64,000 nt of DNA from Nitrospirota bacterium (GTDB lineage: Bacteria > Nitrospirota > UBA9217), in contig CAVUCU010000005.1 in assembly GCA_963740085.1 (NCBI GenBank), forward strand, positions 352,001-416,000, in the 5' to 3' direction. Position 1 is the stretch's first letter, and every line of letters begins with the position of its first letter. Positions 49,707 through 59,273 of this stretch are shown piece after piece. Made by a program: the position numbers and the translations under genes. The notes under the pieces were generated by a model. It was not told the origin of the DNA. It searched no databases and saw only the letters and a list, made by a program, of their open reading frames with translations.

Positions 49707-50440
49707 TCGTTGTTGCCTTTTTTCAGCTTCGCGCGTTCAGCTCGGCGCTTGAGATGCTGAGCGGCCCGCAGCCTGCGAAACCACCGCTCGATGGTCTCGC
49801 GATAGATCATCGTAAGCAGAATGAGAAAAAGGCTGATCCCGAAAAGCGTGAACAGCGCTCCATACCGTCTGTCACGGAAGAGCGTCCCTCCAAGGGTGAG
49901 CAGCGTTGTTCCAAGCAGTCGGCCCGTCGTAGACACGAGCAGAAAATCTCGTTGCCGCATGTGTCCCAATCCCAGAAGGTAGCAGAGAATGTCCTTGGGA
50001 AAGCCGGGGACAAGGAACATGAGAAATGCGAGGAACAGGCCCTTGTGTTTCATCACGTAGTCGTAGCGTTTGATCGTCTCGGGTTTCACGATCATCTCTA
50101 CCAGGGGTCTTCCGGCAAGACGAGCAAGCATGAACGCGATCCACGACCCGAGGGTGAGGCCGATCGTTGAATAGAGCATGCCCCACCCTGTGCCGAAGAA
50201 TACGCCGCCAACGAAACCCGTCGCCTCACCGGGAACCGGTGCCGCAACAACCTGCAGGACCTGAAGCCCGATGAAAATAATGGCGGCGTTCGCCCGATGA
50301 TCGTTGATGAGCGTTAATAGACGCTGGCGATCGGTAAAGAATTCGATGAGACCGTACTCATGCAGCAAATAAATAAGACCGGCGAGAACAAGGCAGGTCA
50401 CAGCAAACCCGGCGATGGTTTTCTTTTTAAGTTTTATCAT
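49703..50440 (-). CDS. TVP38/TMEM64 (VTT/DedA) family membrane protein
   Basis: QVVAAPVPGE...GG.FFG and PGFPKD.LCY. Confidence 0.88.
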   Translation of the reverse strand: MIKLKKKTIAGFAVTCLVLAGLIYLLHEYGLIEFFTDRQRLLTLINDHRANAAIIFIGLQVLQVVAAPVPGEATGFVGGVFFGTGWGMLYSTIGLTLGSWIAFMLARLAGRPLVEMIVKPETIKRYDYVMKHKGLFLAFLMFLVPGFPKDILCYLLGLGHMRQRDFLLVSTTGRLLGTTLLTLGGTLFRDRRYGALFTLFGISLFLILLTMIYRETIERWFRRLRAAQHLKRRAERAKLKKGNND

Positions 50441-50457
50441 ACGAGCATCCGGACCGG

Positions 50458-50742
50458 TTATTTTTTAAACAAATCATCCAGCGCCTTGCGCACCTGTGCG
50501 CTCCCGTCATCCGCAGCGGCAATTCGGTCTTCCGCGAACACAAAATAATCGCAGAAATTGGATTTTTCTTTCTCTCTCACCAGTTCGGATACCGTCTCCC
50601 GGCACTGTTTCGAAACCGCACAATCATAAAATACACAGTTGAGACAGCATCGCAGATCCGCGCCGCAGGAAGGGCATCCATCCTTACGGCCGACCTTCAG
50701 AACTCCAGAGAGTTCCTTATTACAGGCATGACAGGTCTTCAT
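50458..50742 (-). CDS. Small Cys-rich (zinc-ribbon-like) conserved protein
   Basis: CHAC, CPSC, CCLNC.FY and NFCDYF. Confidence 0.75.
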   Translation of the reverse strand: MKTCHACNKELSGVLKVGRKDGCPSCGADLRCCLNCVFYDCAVSKQCRETVSELVREKEKSNFCDYFVFAEDRIAAADDGSAQVRKALDDLFKK

Positions 50743-51004
50743 TACGTGCAATCATAGCTTATCGGTCGTGATTAGACAAGCCAAAAGAAAGTGCTCGCAC
50801 CTTGAACCGAGCCGGCACCCGGGCGCGCTATGTATCGCGGGACGGCATTCCTGACAATTTGTGATTATTAGTCCCGGATGACCGCACTCTGTGCAGGACC
50901 GGATATTTTTGCTGCCGCTTCCACAAAGCATAAATCTCTGCTATAGTAACTATAGGTATCCGGCGCACGATGAGATACATAATCAAAAAAGGGGATGAAA
51001 GACG

Positions 51005-51355
51005 ATGAAAATCAGCGTGGAAAATTTACCAGCCGACATCACCGAGGAAGGACTGAAAGACGTATTTGGCCAAATAGGAGATGTCCAGTCAGTCAAACTG
51101 AAGACCGACCTGCTCACCTGGCAGCCGAACGGTCAGGGAATCGTGGACATGACGCTGGAGGTGGACGCCTACCGGGCGATCAACTGCTTTGAAGGTGCGA
51201 CCTTCAAGGACAGAAAGATACATGTCAGGGAAACCCATCCGCTGCTCGAAAAGGCAAAAAACATGTTCGAGCACTTCACCGATGGTCACTCACTGTCGAA
51301 CTTTAAACCGCTGGCCAGCTTCGGGCGCTGGAGAGAACAGCACAAGGACCTTTGA
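51005..51355 (+). CDS. RRM (RNP-1) RNA-binding protein, divergent
   Basis: KI.VENLP..ITEE.L..VF...G.V.SV RRM pattern. Confidence 0.75.
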   Translation: MKISVENLPADITEEGLKDVFGQIGDVQSVKLKTDLLTWQPNGQGIVDMTLEVDAYRAINCFEGATFKDRKIHVRETHPLLEKAKNMFEHFTDGHSLSNFKPLASFGRWREQHKDL

Positions 51356-51437
51356 TCCTGCATGCGAGTGATGGGTCCGCCTATTCAAATTCCCACTTGT
51401 GGCAAAGAAGCAAGGTATTCCCTACTGAGCGCCCGAA

Positions 51438-52859
51438 TCACTCCCAATCAAGCAGTCGTTTTTGTCCTTCTAGCTTCCTGATCGCCGTAACATCCTGGCT
51501 CACCTCAAGACAGCCGCGGTACTTGCCTGCAGCATCGCGGACCGCGAAATACCTGATGAGGAGAAACTTCCCCTGCATCTGGATCCAGAAATCGGCCTTG
51601 TCTTTTTTCCCTGCGCGGAACTCGTCCAGGATCCTCTGGACCGTGCCCATGCTCTTGGGCGGATGACAGTTCTGCACCTTCCTCCCGATCACGCCGGGGC
51701 TGCGCGGAAAGATGCGCTCCGGGGAAGCCGAATAGTAAGCAACTTCGTCCTTTTCATCGACGAATGAGATGTCGATCGGCAGATGCGTCAGCATCAAGTT
51801 TACCTGGTCCGGCGTGAGCTGGCCGGTGTCAAGGTTCAGGCTGCCGACCTTCTCCGCCAGGAGCGCCTGCGGTATGGATTCCTCAGAAGCCTTCCACTTT
51901 GTCTCGGGCTTGATCCAGGCATACCCGATCTCTTCTTCGCCCTTCCCTACCTTTGCCCAGTCCTCCTCGCCCAGGGTCTCGAGCGCCATGGGGAACAGGA
52001 TGTGTTCTTCCTTGTAGATCATGTCACCGACCATCTTGACCAGGGCTGTAATGGCCACCTGCTCCATCTTATCGTCCATCGCCCTCTTCCGCACGTCCTT
52101 GATGAATCCCCTGATATCATCATGGAGCGCCCACATGACCTTGGAAGGCCCGGTGATCCCTTTTGCCTCGAGGATCGGGAAGAGCTGGTTCTCTTTCCGA
52201 AGATAGTGCTTATCAACCTGGCCAAGACGGTCAAGTATCTCGAGCAGCCTGGTCTTCTCCTTTGAGAAGTCCTTTATTGCCGCTGCCTCTTTTAAAATAC
52301 CCTCGCAGGCCCGGTTCTCGAGCATCAGCGTATGCACGGGATGGCCTGCAGGCAGTCCGGGCACGGTCTTGTGCTCCAGTGCATCCTGGAACACCTTTAC
52401 GTGGACGTCACAGAGGCTCTTGATCTCCGTTTCCGGCATCCCCTCGGCAATGAGGCGCTGCTCCATCTGCGCGATCTCCCAGGGCGCCACGTCCTTGATC
52501 AGTTCTCCAAATTTCTTTTTCTGGGATTCAACGTCCTTCCCCGCATGGAGCTCCTTGATGATATCCTTCATCGTATCGATCCGAACATCCTGTTCACCCC
52601 TGCCTGCCTCTTCGGTGGATACGGAAACGGCCTCCCCGGTCTGCTTTTTGATCTCTCCGGAGATATCATCGAGAAGCTTTTTCACGTCCATCCCGCTGAT
52701 CATCGCGGCTTTTCCCAGCGTCGCGAGTTTTCCAACGGTCTTTCGCAGGAACGCGTTGTCCAGCATCTTAAATTCCGGATTCAATCTGATCAGAAAATCT
52801 TTTAGAAAGGGGTAAACGGCAAGAAGGTCATTTACTTTAGTTTTAGGGCTCAGGTCCAT
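51438..52859 (-). CDS. DUF1858/DUF438 + hemerythrin-like + PAS domain protein
   Basis: CDVH, GHPVHT...EN, HY.RKEN.LFP, EEHILFP and C-terminal PAS (GRKVQNCHPP). Confidence 0.85.
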   Translation of the reverse strand: MDLSPKTKVNDLLAVYPFLKDFLIRLNPEFKMLDNAFLRKTVGKLATLGKAAMISGMDVKKLLDDISGEIKKQTGEAVSVSTEEAGRGEQDVRIDTMKDIIKELHAGKDVESQKKKFGELIKDVAPWEIAQMEQRLIAEGMPETEIKSLCDVHVKVFQDALEHKTVPGLPAGHPVHTLMLENRACEGILKEAAAIKDFSKEKTRLLEILDRLGQVDKHYLRKENQLFPILEAKGITGPSKVMWALHDDIRGFIKDVRKRAMDDKMEQVAITALVKMVGDMIYKEEHILFPMALETLGEEDWAKVGKGEEEIGYAWIKPETKWKASEESIPQALLAEKVGSLNLDTGQLTPDQVNLMLTHLPIDISFVDEKDEVAYYSASPERIFPRSPGVIGRKVQNCHPPKSMGTVQRILDEFRAGKKDKADFWIQMQGKFLLIRYFAVRDAAGKYRGCLEVSQDVTAIRKLEGQKRLLDWE

Positions 52860-53044
52860 GGCCAGTCTCCTTTGTAGATGAGTATATCGTTCCTTTCAAG
52901 TAAAGCATATGATCTGCATCATGACAACTGCTGCTTTCTTCTGCCGATATTCCCTGGCCGGTCAGAACGCCGGGTCAGATGGGTATTAAAAAACCACCAG
53001 AGAAACGCCAACAGGGGGCAAAATGACTGCTATACTAAAACAAT

Positions 53045-53082
53045 AAAACAAAAAGAGGAGGGGAATAGCCCTTCCCCTCCTT
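53045..53082 (-). terminator. Intrinsic terminator-like hairpin with no adjacent cognate gene
   Basis: AGGAGGGGAA/TTCCCCTCCT stem with CTTTTTGTTTT tail on the minus strand. Confidence 0.6.
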
Positions 53083-53117
53083 GCTGCGGATTGATATGTC
53101 TTGTCACCTTATATACC

Positions 53118-54563
53118 ATGGCAGACAAAATTCTGTTGATAAGCATTAACCAGTGCGATGAACCCTACCCTGTCTTCCCTCTCGGCCTGGCGTACGTTGC
53201 GTCAGCCTTGCGCCGGGCCGGCCATCGCACCAGGTTGATGGATTTGCACATGGACCGACCGGCGGTCGCCGGAACGATCGCAGAATTTCAACCTGATTTT
53301 GTCGGGATCTCACTGCGCAACATTGACGATGTCCTCATAAGGAAACGTCACACCTTTTTCGACGGCCTGAGCGAACTCTGTGCTGAGATCAGACGACGCT
53401 CGTCCTGCCCTATTATCCTGGGTGGAAGCGGTTTTTCGATTTTCCCGAAAGAGCTGCTGGCCTTATCGGGCGCTGATTTCGGAATTCAGGGAGAAGGAGA
53501 AAACAGCGTGGTTTCGCTGGTTTCCGCCCTTGAACATAAAACGGATTACTCCGATATTTCCGGCCTTGTCTTTCGGAATGCCGGCCGAATTATCATGAAT
53601 CTTCGGCATGATCACGTTCGCTTGGGCCACCTGGCAATGCCTCAACGCCCCGACCGCCTCGTTGACTTCTACCTTCAGAAGAGCGCGATGCTTAACATCC
53701 AGACCCAGCGCGGCTGCGCCTTTCACTGTTGTTATTGCACATATCCGGTCATTGAGGGGCGGCATTATCAGCGGCGCGCTCCTGAAGCTGTGGCGGAAGA
53801 ATTTGAAGCAATCGAGCACCTCGGCGCAAAATATCTCTTCATCGTTGACGCTGTTTTTAATTCATCCAACGAGCACGTCGCGGGAGTTTGCGAAGCGATA
53901 TTACAAAAGAACCTGAAGATCAAATGGGGCTGCTTCCTGCACCCTAAAAATCTAACGCCTGAATTAATGCGGTTGATGGCCCGCGCCGGCCTGAGTCATA
54001 TTGAATTCGGGTCTGATAGCTTCTGCGATCCGGTGCTGGAAGCTTACGGCAAGAACTTTACCTTCGAGGACATTTATGGATCAAGCGTACTGGCGCTTCG
54101 CGAAAATGTGGATTACTGCCATTTCCTGATCTTCGGCGGGCCTGGTGAAACGCGGGAGACGATGAAGCGGGGCTTTGAGAATTCACGCCGATTGAAACGC
54201 GAGGTGGTCTTGGCGGTGGTCGGCATGCGCATGTATCCGGGCACGCCGCTGCATAAGCGTGCCATTCACGAGGGCCGCGCCTGGATTGGAGCAGATCTGC
54301 TGAAACCGCGGTATTATCTTTCCCCTGCCCTGACGGAGGATGAGGTGTTCGGGCATTTGCATGAATTCGCGCGCTTGTCGCCCGCCTGGATCGTCGGCGA
54401 TCCAACGCCCCTTTACCGGAAATTGACCGAACGTCTGCGCACGAAAGGCGTCGTGGGACCTCTCTGGAGTTACTTCGCGATGATGCAGCGACTGGCCGCG
54501 TCTCCCGGCGCTGAAATGAACCGCCAGGATGGAGCAGTGAGAAACCCGGCAACTCCGGCATGA
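53118..54563 (+). CDS. Cobalamin-binding radical SAM protein (lipid-biosynthesis-associated type)
   Basis: N-terminal PYPVFPLGL...GISLRNIDD...GGSGFS B12 domain and QTQRGCAFHCCYCTYP (CxxxCxxC). Confidence 0.88.
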   Translation: MADKILLISINQCDEPYPVFPLGLAYVASALRRAGHRTRLMDLHMDRPAVAGTIAEFQPDFVGISLRNIDDVLIRKRHTFFDGLSELCAEIRRRSSCPIILGGSGFSIFPKELLALSGADFGIQGEGENSVVSLVSALEHKTDYSDISGLVFRNAGRIIMNLRHDHVRLGHLAMPQRPDRLVDFYLQKSAMLNIQTQRGCAFHCCYCTYPVIEGRHYQRRAPEAVAEEFEAIEHLGAKYLFIVDAVFNSSNEHVAGVCEAILQKNLKIKWGCFLHPKNLTPELMRLMARAGLSHIEFGSDSFCDPVLEAYGKNFTFEDIYGSSVLALRENVDYCHFLIFGGPGETRETMKRGFENSRRLKREVVLAVVGMRMYPGTPLHKRAIHEGRAWIGADLLKPRYYLSPALTEDEVFGHLHEFARLSPAWIVGDPTPLYRKLTERLRTKGVVGPLWSYFAMMQRLAASPGAEMNRQDGAVRNPATPA

Positions 54564-54684
54564 CGCTGAGCAATATCACGGCGGCCGGAATACCGTCTTT
54601 AAGAAATTGCGGGGCCATCTGAGCTTTTCCGTGTATTCGACAACTCGAGATTTCACATCATGATCAAGAACAGGCCATCGCCAC

Positions 54685-54719
54685 AAAAAAGCCCATGCTG
54701 ATTTCACAGCATGGGCTTT
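54685..54719. terminator. Intrinsic terminator of the fdh-fhs operon
   Basis: AAAGCCCATGCTG-ATTTCA-CAGCATGGGCTTT with a T6 tail on the minus strand. Confidence 0.88.
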
Positions 54720-54750
54720 GTAAATGTTGAACAGCGAATTTCGAACCCTT

Positions 54751-56514
54751 TTAAAACAACCCTGAGACCTTGCCGGTGTTTACATCCACATCCACGCGAC
54801 GGAATGCCGGGTTGGAACTCGTTCCGGGCATAAGGCTGATCGCCCCCGCGCACGGGCACAGGAACTTGGCCCCCGAGTAGATCAATACGTCCCTGATGGG
54901 CAGCGTCCAGCCCTTCGGCACCCCCTTGAGGGTCGGGTCGTGGGTGAGGCTCAGATGGGTCTTGACCATCATGGTGGCGTAGTCGGCGTACTTGGGATCG
55001 TCTTCCAGCATCTTGGCCTTGGCCTCAGCTTCGGGAAGCCAGGTAACACCATCCGCCCCGTACACCTCTTTGGCAATTTTCGCCACCCGGTCACGCAACT
55101 TCATCTCAAGCGGGTAGAGGAACTTGAAGTCGTTCTTCTCGTTGCAGGCGTCAATGACCGCATCTGCCAGTTCCAGCGCACCCTCGCCGCCTTTGAGCCA
55201 GTGCTGTGATTCCGCGCAGCGGGCGCCTGCTGCCTCGGCTGCCTTCTTGACTGCGGCCACTTCGGCGTTCGTATCGGTGTAAAAACGGTTGATGCAGACC
55301 ACCGGGTTGATGCCGGACTTGCGGATAACGTTGATCATGTGGACCATGTTGGCGCAGCCCTTCTCAACCAGACCCACATTCTCCTTGGTGTACTCATCTG
55401 GCAGGGCCTTGCCGGCCACCACCTTGGGGCCGCCGCCATGCATCTTCAGGGCGCGGACAGTGGTGGTGAGCACCGAAACGTGCGGTTTCAATCCGCTGAA
55501 ACGGGATTTGACGTTCCAGAATTTTTCAAAGCCGATGTCAGCGGCGAACCCGGACTCGGTCACATGATAGTCGAACAGCTTCAGGCCGACCCGGTCGGCG
55601 ATGATGGATGACTGGCCGACGGCGATATTGGCAAACGGTCCTGCATGGACGAAGCAGGGATTGTATTCGGCCGTGCACATGAGCGTGGGGTTAATGGTAT
55701 TGCGCATAAAGGCGGCCATGGCATTGCCGACCTCCAGATCACCCGTGGTAACGGGTTTGCCGCTCTTGTCGAAGGCAACGGTTATATGGTTCAGTCTCTC
55801 TTTCAGGTCGGCAAGGTCTTTGGCTATGGACAGGATGGCCATGCACTCGGACCCGACGGCGATGCCGAACTTGGACTGCATCATGAAGCCGTCCGTCCTG
55901 CCGCCCATGCCGATGATGATATTACGGAGGCTCTGGGCGCAGAAATCCATGATCCACCCCATCTCCACGCGGGTGGGGTCGATGTTGAGACGCCTCATCT
56001 TCGTGAGACGGTCCAGCTGCTCGTCGTTATAGTTGCGCTCGTGCTGCATGCGGGAGGTCATCGCCACCATCGCAAGGTTGTGCGCGTTCATGATGTCGTT
56101 GATGTCGCCGGTGAGGCCCAGGGAGAACTCGGTCATGGGGATCAGCAGGGAGTTGCCGCCGCCGGCCGCGGTGCCCTTCACGTTCATGGTGGGACCGCCT
56201 GAAGGCTGACGCAGCGCGCCGCCCACGTTCACACCGCGCTTGCCCAGGCCTTCCATCAGCCCGCACGAGGTTGTGCTTTTGCCTTCGCCCAGAGGGGTCG
56301 GCGTGATGGCGGTCACCTCGATGTACTTCCCGTCAGACTTGTCCTTCAGGCGTTTGATGACCTTGAGAAAGTCGATCTTGGACAGGCGGCCCATAGGCAG
56401 CATCTCGTCCTTCTGCAGGCCCAGTTTTTCGCGCCAGGCCTCCGGCGTCGGCATATTCTTTTCCGCTTCCTCGGAAATCTGCCAGTCGGCTAACTTCGTT
56501 GCATCATAGGGCAT
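54751..56514 (-). CDS. fhs: Formate--tetrahydrofolate ligase (587 aa)
   Basis: [34 protein letters not shown] and ALKMHGG; AGGAGG RBS before ATG 56514. Confidence 0.97.
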   Translation of the reverse strand: MPYDATKLADWQISEEAEKNMPTPEAWREKLGLQKDEMLPMGRLSKIDFLKVIKRLKDKSDGKYIEVTAITPTPLGEGKSTTSCGLMEGLGKRGVNVGGALRQPSGGPTMNVKGTAAGGGNSLLIPMTEFSLGLTGDINDIMNAHNLAMVAMTSRMQHERNYNDEQLDRLTKMRRLNIDPTRVEMGWIMDFCAQSLRNIIIGMGGRTDGFMMQSKFGIAVGSECMAILSIAKDLADLKERLNHITVAFDKSGKPVTTGDLEVGNAMAAFMRNTINPTLMCTAEYNPCFVHAGPFANIAVGQSSIIADRVGLKLFDYHVTESGFAADIGFEKFWNVKSRFSGLKPHVSVLTTTVRALKMHGGGPKVVAGKALPDEYTKENVGLVEKGCANMVHMINVIRKSGINPVVCINRFYTDTNAEVAAVKKAAEAAGARCAESQHWLKGGEGALELADAVIDACNEKNDFKFLYPLEMKLRDRVAKIAKEVYGADGVTWLPEAEAKAKMLEDDPKYADYATMMVKTHLSLTHDPTLKGVPKGWTLPIRDVLIYSGAKFLCPCAGAISLMPGTSSNPAFRRVDVDVNTGKVSGLF

Positions 56515-56601
56515 AACAATTCCTCCTTTTTCTTTCTTTTGATATGAGAGCCTCTCATGGCTCACATTGAAATACTTTCCTTGACACCCCAACTCCCAAC
56601 G

Positions 56602-59271
56602 TCATGCCTTTTCAATCCGTACCGCACACACCTTGAACTCGGGGATCTTGACAACAGGATCGAGCGCGTCGTTGGTGATCACGTTCGCTGCGGCCTCCCG
56701 ATAATGCATGGGGATGAAGACCGTGCCTGCGGGAACGCGGCCCGATATCCTGACCTTGATATCCACCTCTCCCCGGCGTGAACGAACCCTGATCAGATCG
56801 CCGTTCTGAACCCCGAGTTTCCGCCCGTCAATGGCATTCAATTCCACATACGCTTCACCCGCATGTTTTTCGATGGGTTCAACCCGCCTTGTCATCGAAC
56901 CTGAATGGTACTGAAACAGGTTTCTCCCCGTGGTCAGCACATAGGGATATTCACTATTGGTGACCTCCGCGGGCGGATTGTAAGGAACCGTAACAAAGGG
57001 CACTTTCCCTTTGGGGAATCCATCCTTATAGAGATACTCGGTGCCGGGGTGGTCCCTTGTAGGACAAGGCCAGGGGATGCCGTTGACCGCGATGCGGTCA
57101 TAGGTTATCCCTGCCATGGCAGGCCAGAGCTTGCCGTACTCCTCGAGCACCTTCGCCGGAGAATCATAGATCATGGGATAGCCCAGGTTTTTCGAGAGGT
57201 CCATGATGATGGAGAGATCTTCCCTTGCCTCGCCTGGAGGCTCCACCGCTTTTCGCACGCGCTGGACCTTTCTCTCGGTGTTGCTGAACGTGCCGTCCTT
57301 CTCGTATGCGCACGCGGCGGGCAGCACGATGTCCGCGAGTTTCGCGGTTTCAGTCAGAAAGATGTCCTGCACGATCAAAAAGTCGAGACGATCCAGCGCC
57401 TTGACCGTATGGTGCATGTGGGGATCGGTAATTATCGGGTTCTCTCCCATGATATACATGGCCTTAAGCTTCCCGTCCGCCGCCGCGTTGATCATTTCCG
57501 TGGCGGTAAGACCGGGTTTGGGCGAGAGCTGGACGCCCCATGCTTGTTCGAACTTCACCCTCATCTCCGGAGTATCCACTTTTTGATATCCGGGGTAAAC
57601 GTCCGGAAGGCACGCCGCATCGGAAGCGCCCTGCACATTGTTCTGCCCCCGCAACGGGTTGACGCCGGTAAATTCGCGCCCGATATTTCCCGTAAGCGTC
57701 GCAAGGTTTGCGATCGCCCTGACATTATCGGTGCCGCATGTATGCTGCGTGATCCCCATGGTATAGAAGATGCCCGCTCTGCGGGATTTACCGTAGAGCC
57801 GGGCGGCCTTGACAAGGCTGTCCTTCGGGACACCGGTGATCCGCTCCACCTTCTCCGGAGTGAATTCCTCGAGGGAGTGTTTCCAGGCGTCAAATCCATC
57901 GGTCTTGTCCCTGATGAACTCGTCGTTCTGAAGGCCTTCGCTCACGATCACCCGGGCGATGCCGTTCAGCAGGGCGACATCGGTGCCCGGCCTCATCTGC
58001 AGAAAGATGTCGGCGAACTTGACCATGGGAACGCTCCGCGGGTCAGCGATGATGATCTTCGCTCCCTTGCGGAAGGCCTTGATCATCCTGTTCGCGATGA
58101 CGGGATGGGTCTCCTTGGTGTTCGAGCCGATGATGAAGATGATTTCCATGCCCTCGATCTCCCGTATCGAGTTTGTCATGGCCCCGGAACCGAAGATGGC
58201 GGCCAGCCCGGCCACCGTTGGAGAATGTCAGAGACGCGCGCAGTGATCGACATTGTTCGTGCCGATTCCCGCGCGCATGAATTTTTGGAACAGATAGTTT
58301 TCTTCGTTCGTACAGCGCGCGGAGGAAAGCCCGCCGATCGCATCGGCGCCGTACTCCTCCTTGATCTTCTTGAGCCAGGTCGCGGTGTATGCCAGTGCGG
58401 CTGTCCAAGACGTCTCCTCGAACCTGCCGTCCGACCGCCTGATGAGGGGCTTGGTGAGGCGTTCGGGGCTGTTCACGAACCTGTACCCGAACCTGCCCTT
58501 GACGCAGAGCCATCCCTCGTTCCAGGTGTTCTGCTTCGAGGTGACCCGGATGATCTCGTTCTCCTTCACATGAGCCGTGATGTTGCAGCCGGTGCCGCAA
58601 TAGGCACAGACCGTGTCAACCTGCTTGATGTCCTGGTAACGTCCTTTGTGGGACCACTGTTTCCCGGTCAGCGCGCCCGTGGGACATACGGAAACACACT
58701 GTCCGCAGAACTCGCAGTCAAGGTCGTCTTCATAGGTGGTGCAGATCTTGGACTTGAATCCGCGGTACCCATAATCGATCGCCTCAACGCCCTGGATCTC
58801 GTCGCAAACCTTGACGCACCTTCCGCAAAGGATGCATTTCTCCATGTCCCGTTCAATGAAGGGATTGCCGTCCCGCTTGGGGTAAATACGCCGTTCGCCC
58901 GGATAGTCCGCCCCGCGCACGTCGTACGCGTAGGCAAGCTCCTGCAGTGCGCAATTGCCCGTCGCCTCGCAGACCATACAGTCATTGGGATGGTCCGAGA
59001 TGATCAGTTCCAATACCAGCTTTCTTAGTTCTTCGAGATGCGGGGTAGAGGTGGTGATCTCCATCCCTTCCGTGACGGGCGTTGTGCATGAGGCCACCGG
59101 TTTGGGTATCCCTTTTATCTCCACGATGCACAGGCGGCAGCCGCCGGACGGGGTGAGCTTGGGGTGATTGCAGAGCGTCGGTATAAAGATGCCGTGCATT
59201 CGCGCCGATTCGAGGACCGTACTGTTTGCGGGGACGGCAAGCACTTTACCGTTTATGGTTATCCGGACCAT
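56602..59271 (-). CDS. fdhF: Selenocysteine-containing formate dehydrogenase alpha subunit (NuoG-like Fe-S N-terminus + Mo/W-bisPGD domain), 889 aa
   Basis: The two track ORFs are in the same frame, joined at TGA 58228-58230 in NNVDHCARL-U-HSPTVAGL. PLRGQNNVQG motif present. Confidence 0.95.
58198..58216 (-). promoter_or_regulatory. Bacterial SECIS hairpin
   Basis: GGTGGCC-GGGCT-GGCCGCC begins 11 nt after the UGA. Confidence 0.8.
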
Positions 59272-59273
59272 TG

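Noticed and set aside
52878-53117. 80-aa N-terminal extension of the radical SAM ORF (similar extensions on dapF, fhs, panC, dppC)
   Set aside because: These extensions run through intergenic hairpins or promoters, and family homology starts at downstream start codons.
58216-58230. fdh alpha as a nonsense-disrupted pseudogene or two genes
   Set aside because: The stop is an in-frame UGA at the known Sec position with a SECIS-like hairpin.
56905-59028. 707-aa plus-strand ORF and many other long antisense or alternate-frame ORFs
   Set aside because: Shadow ORFs opposite well-supported genes in GC-rich DNA, with no recognisable motifs.
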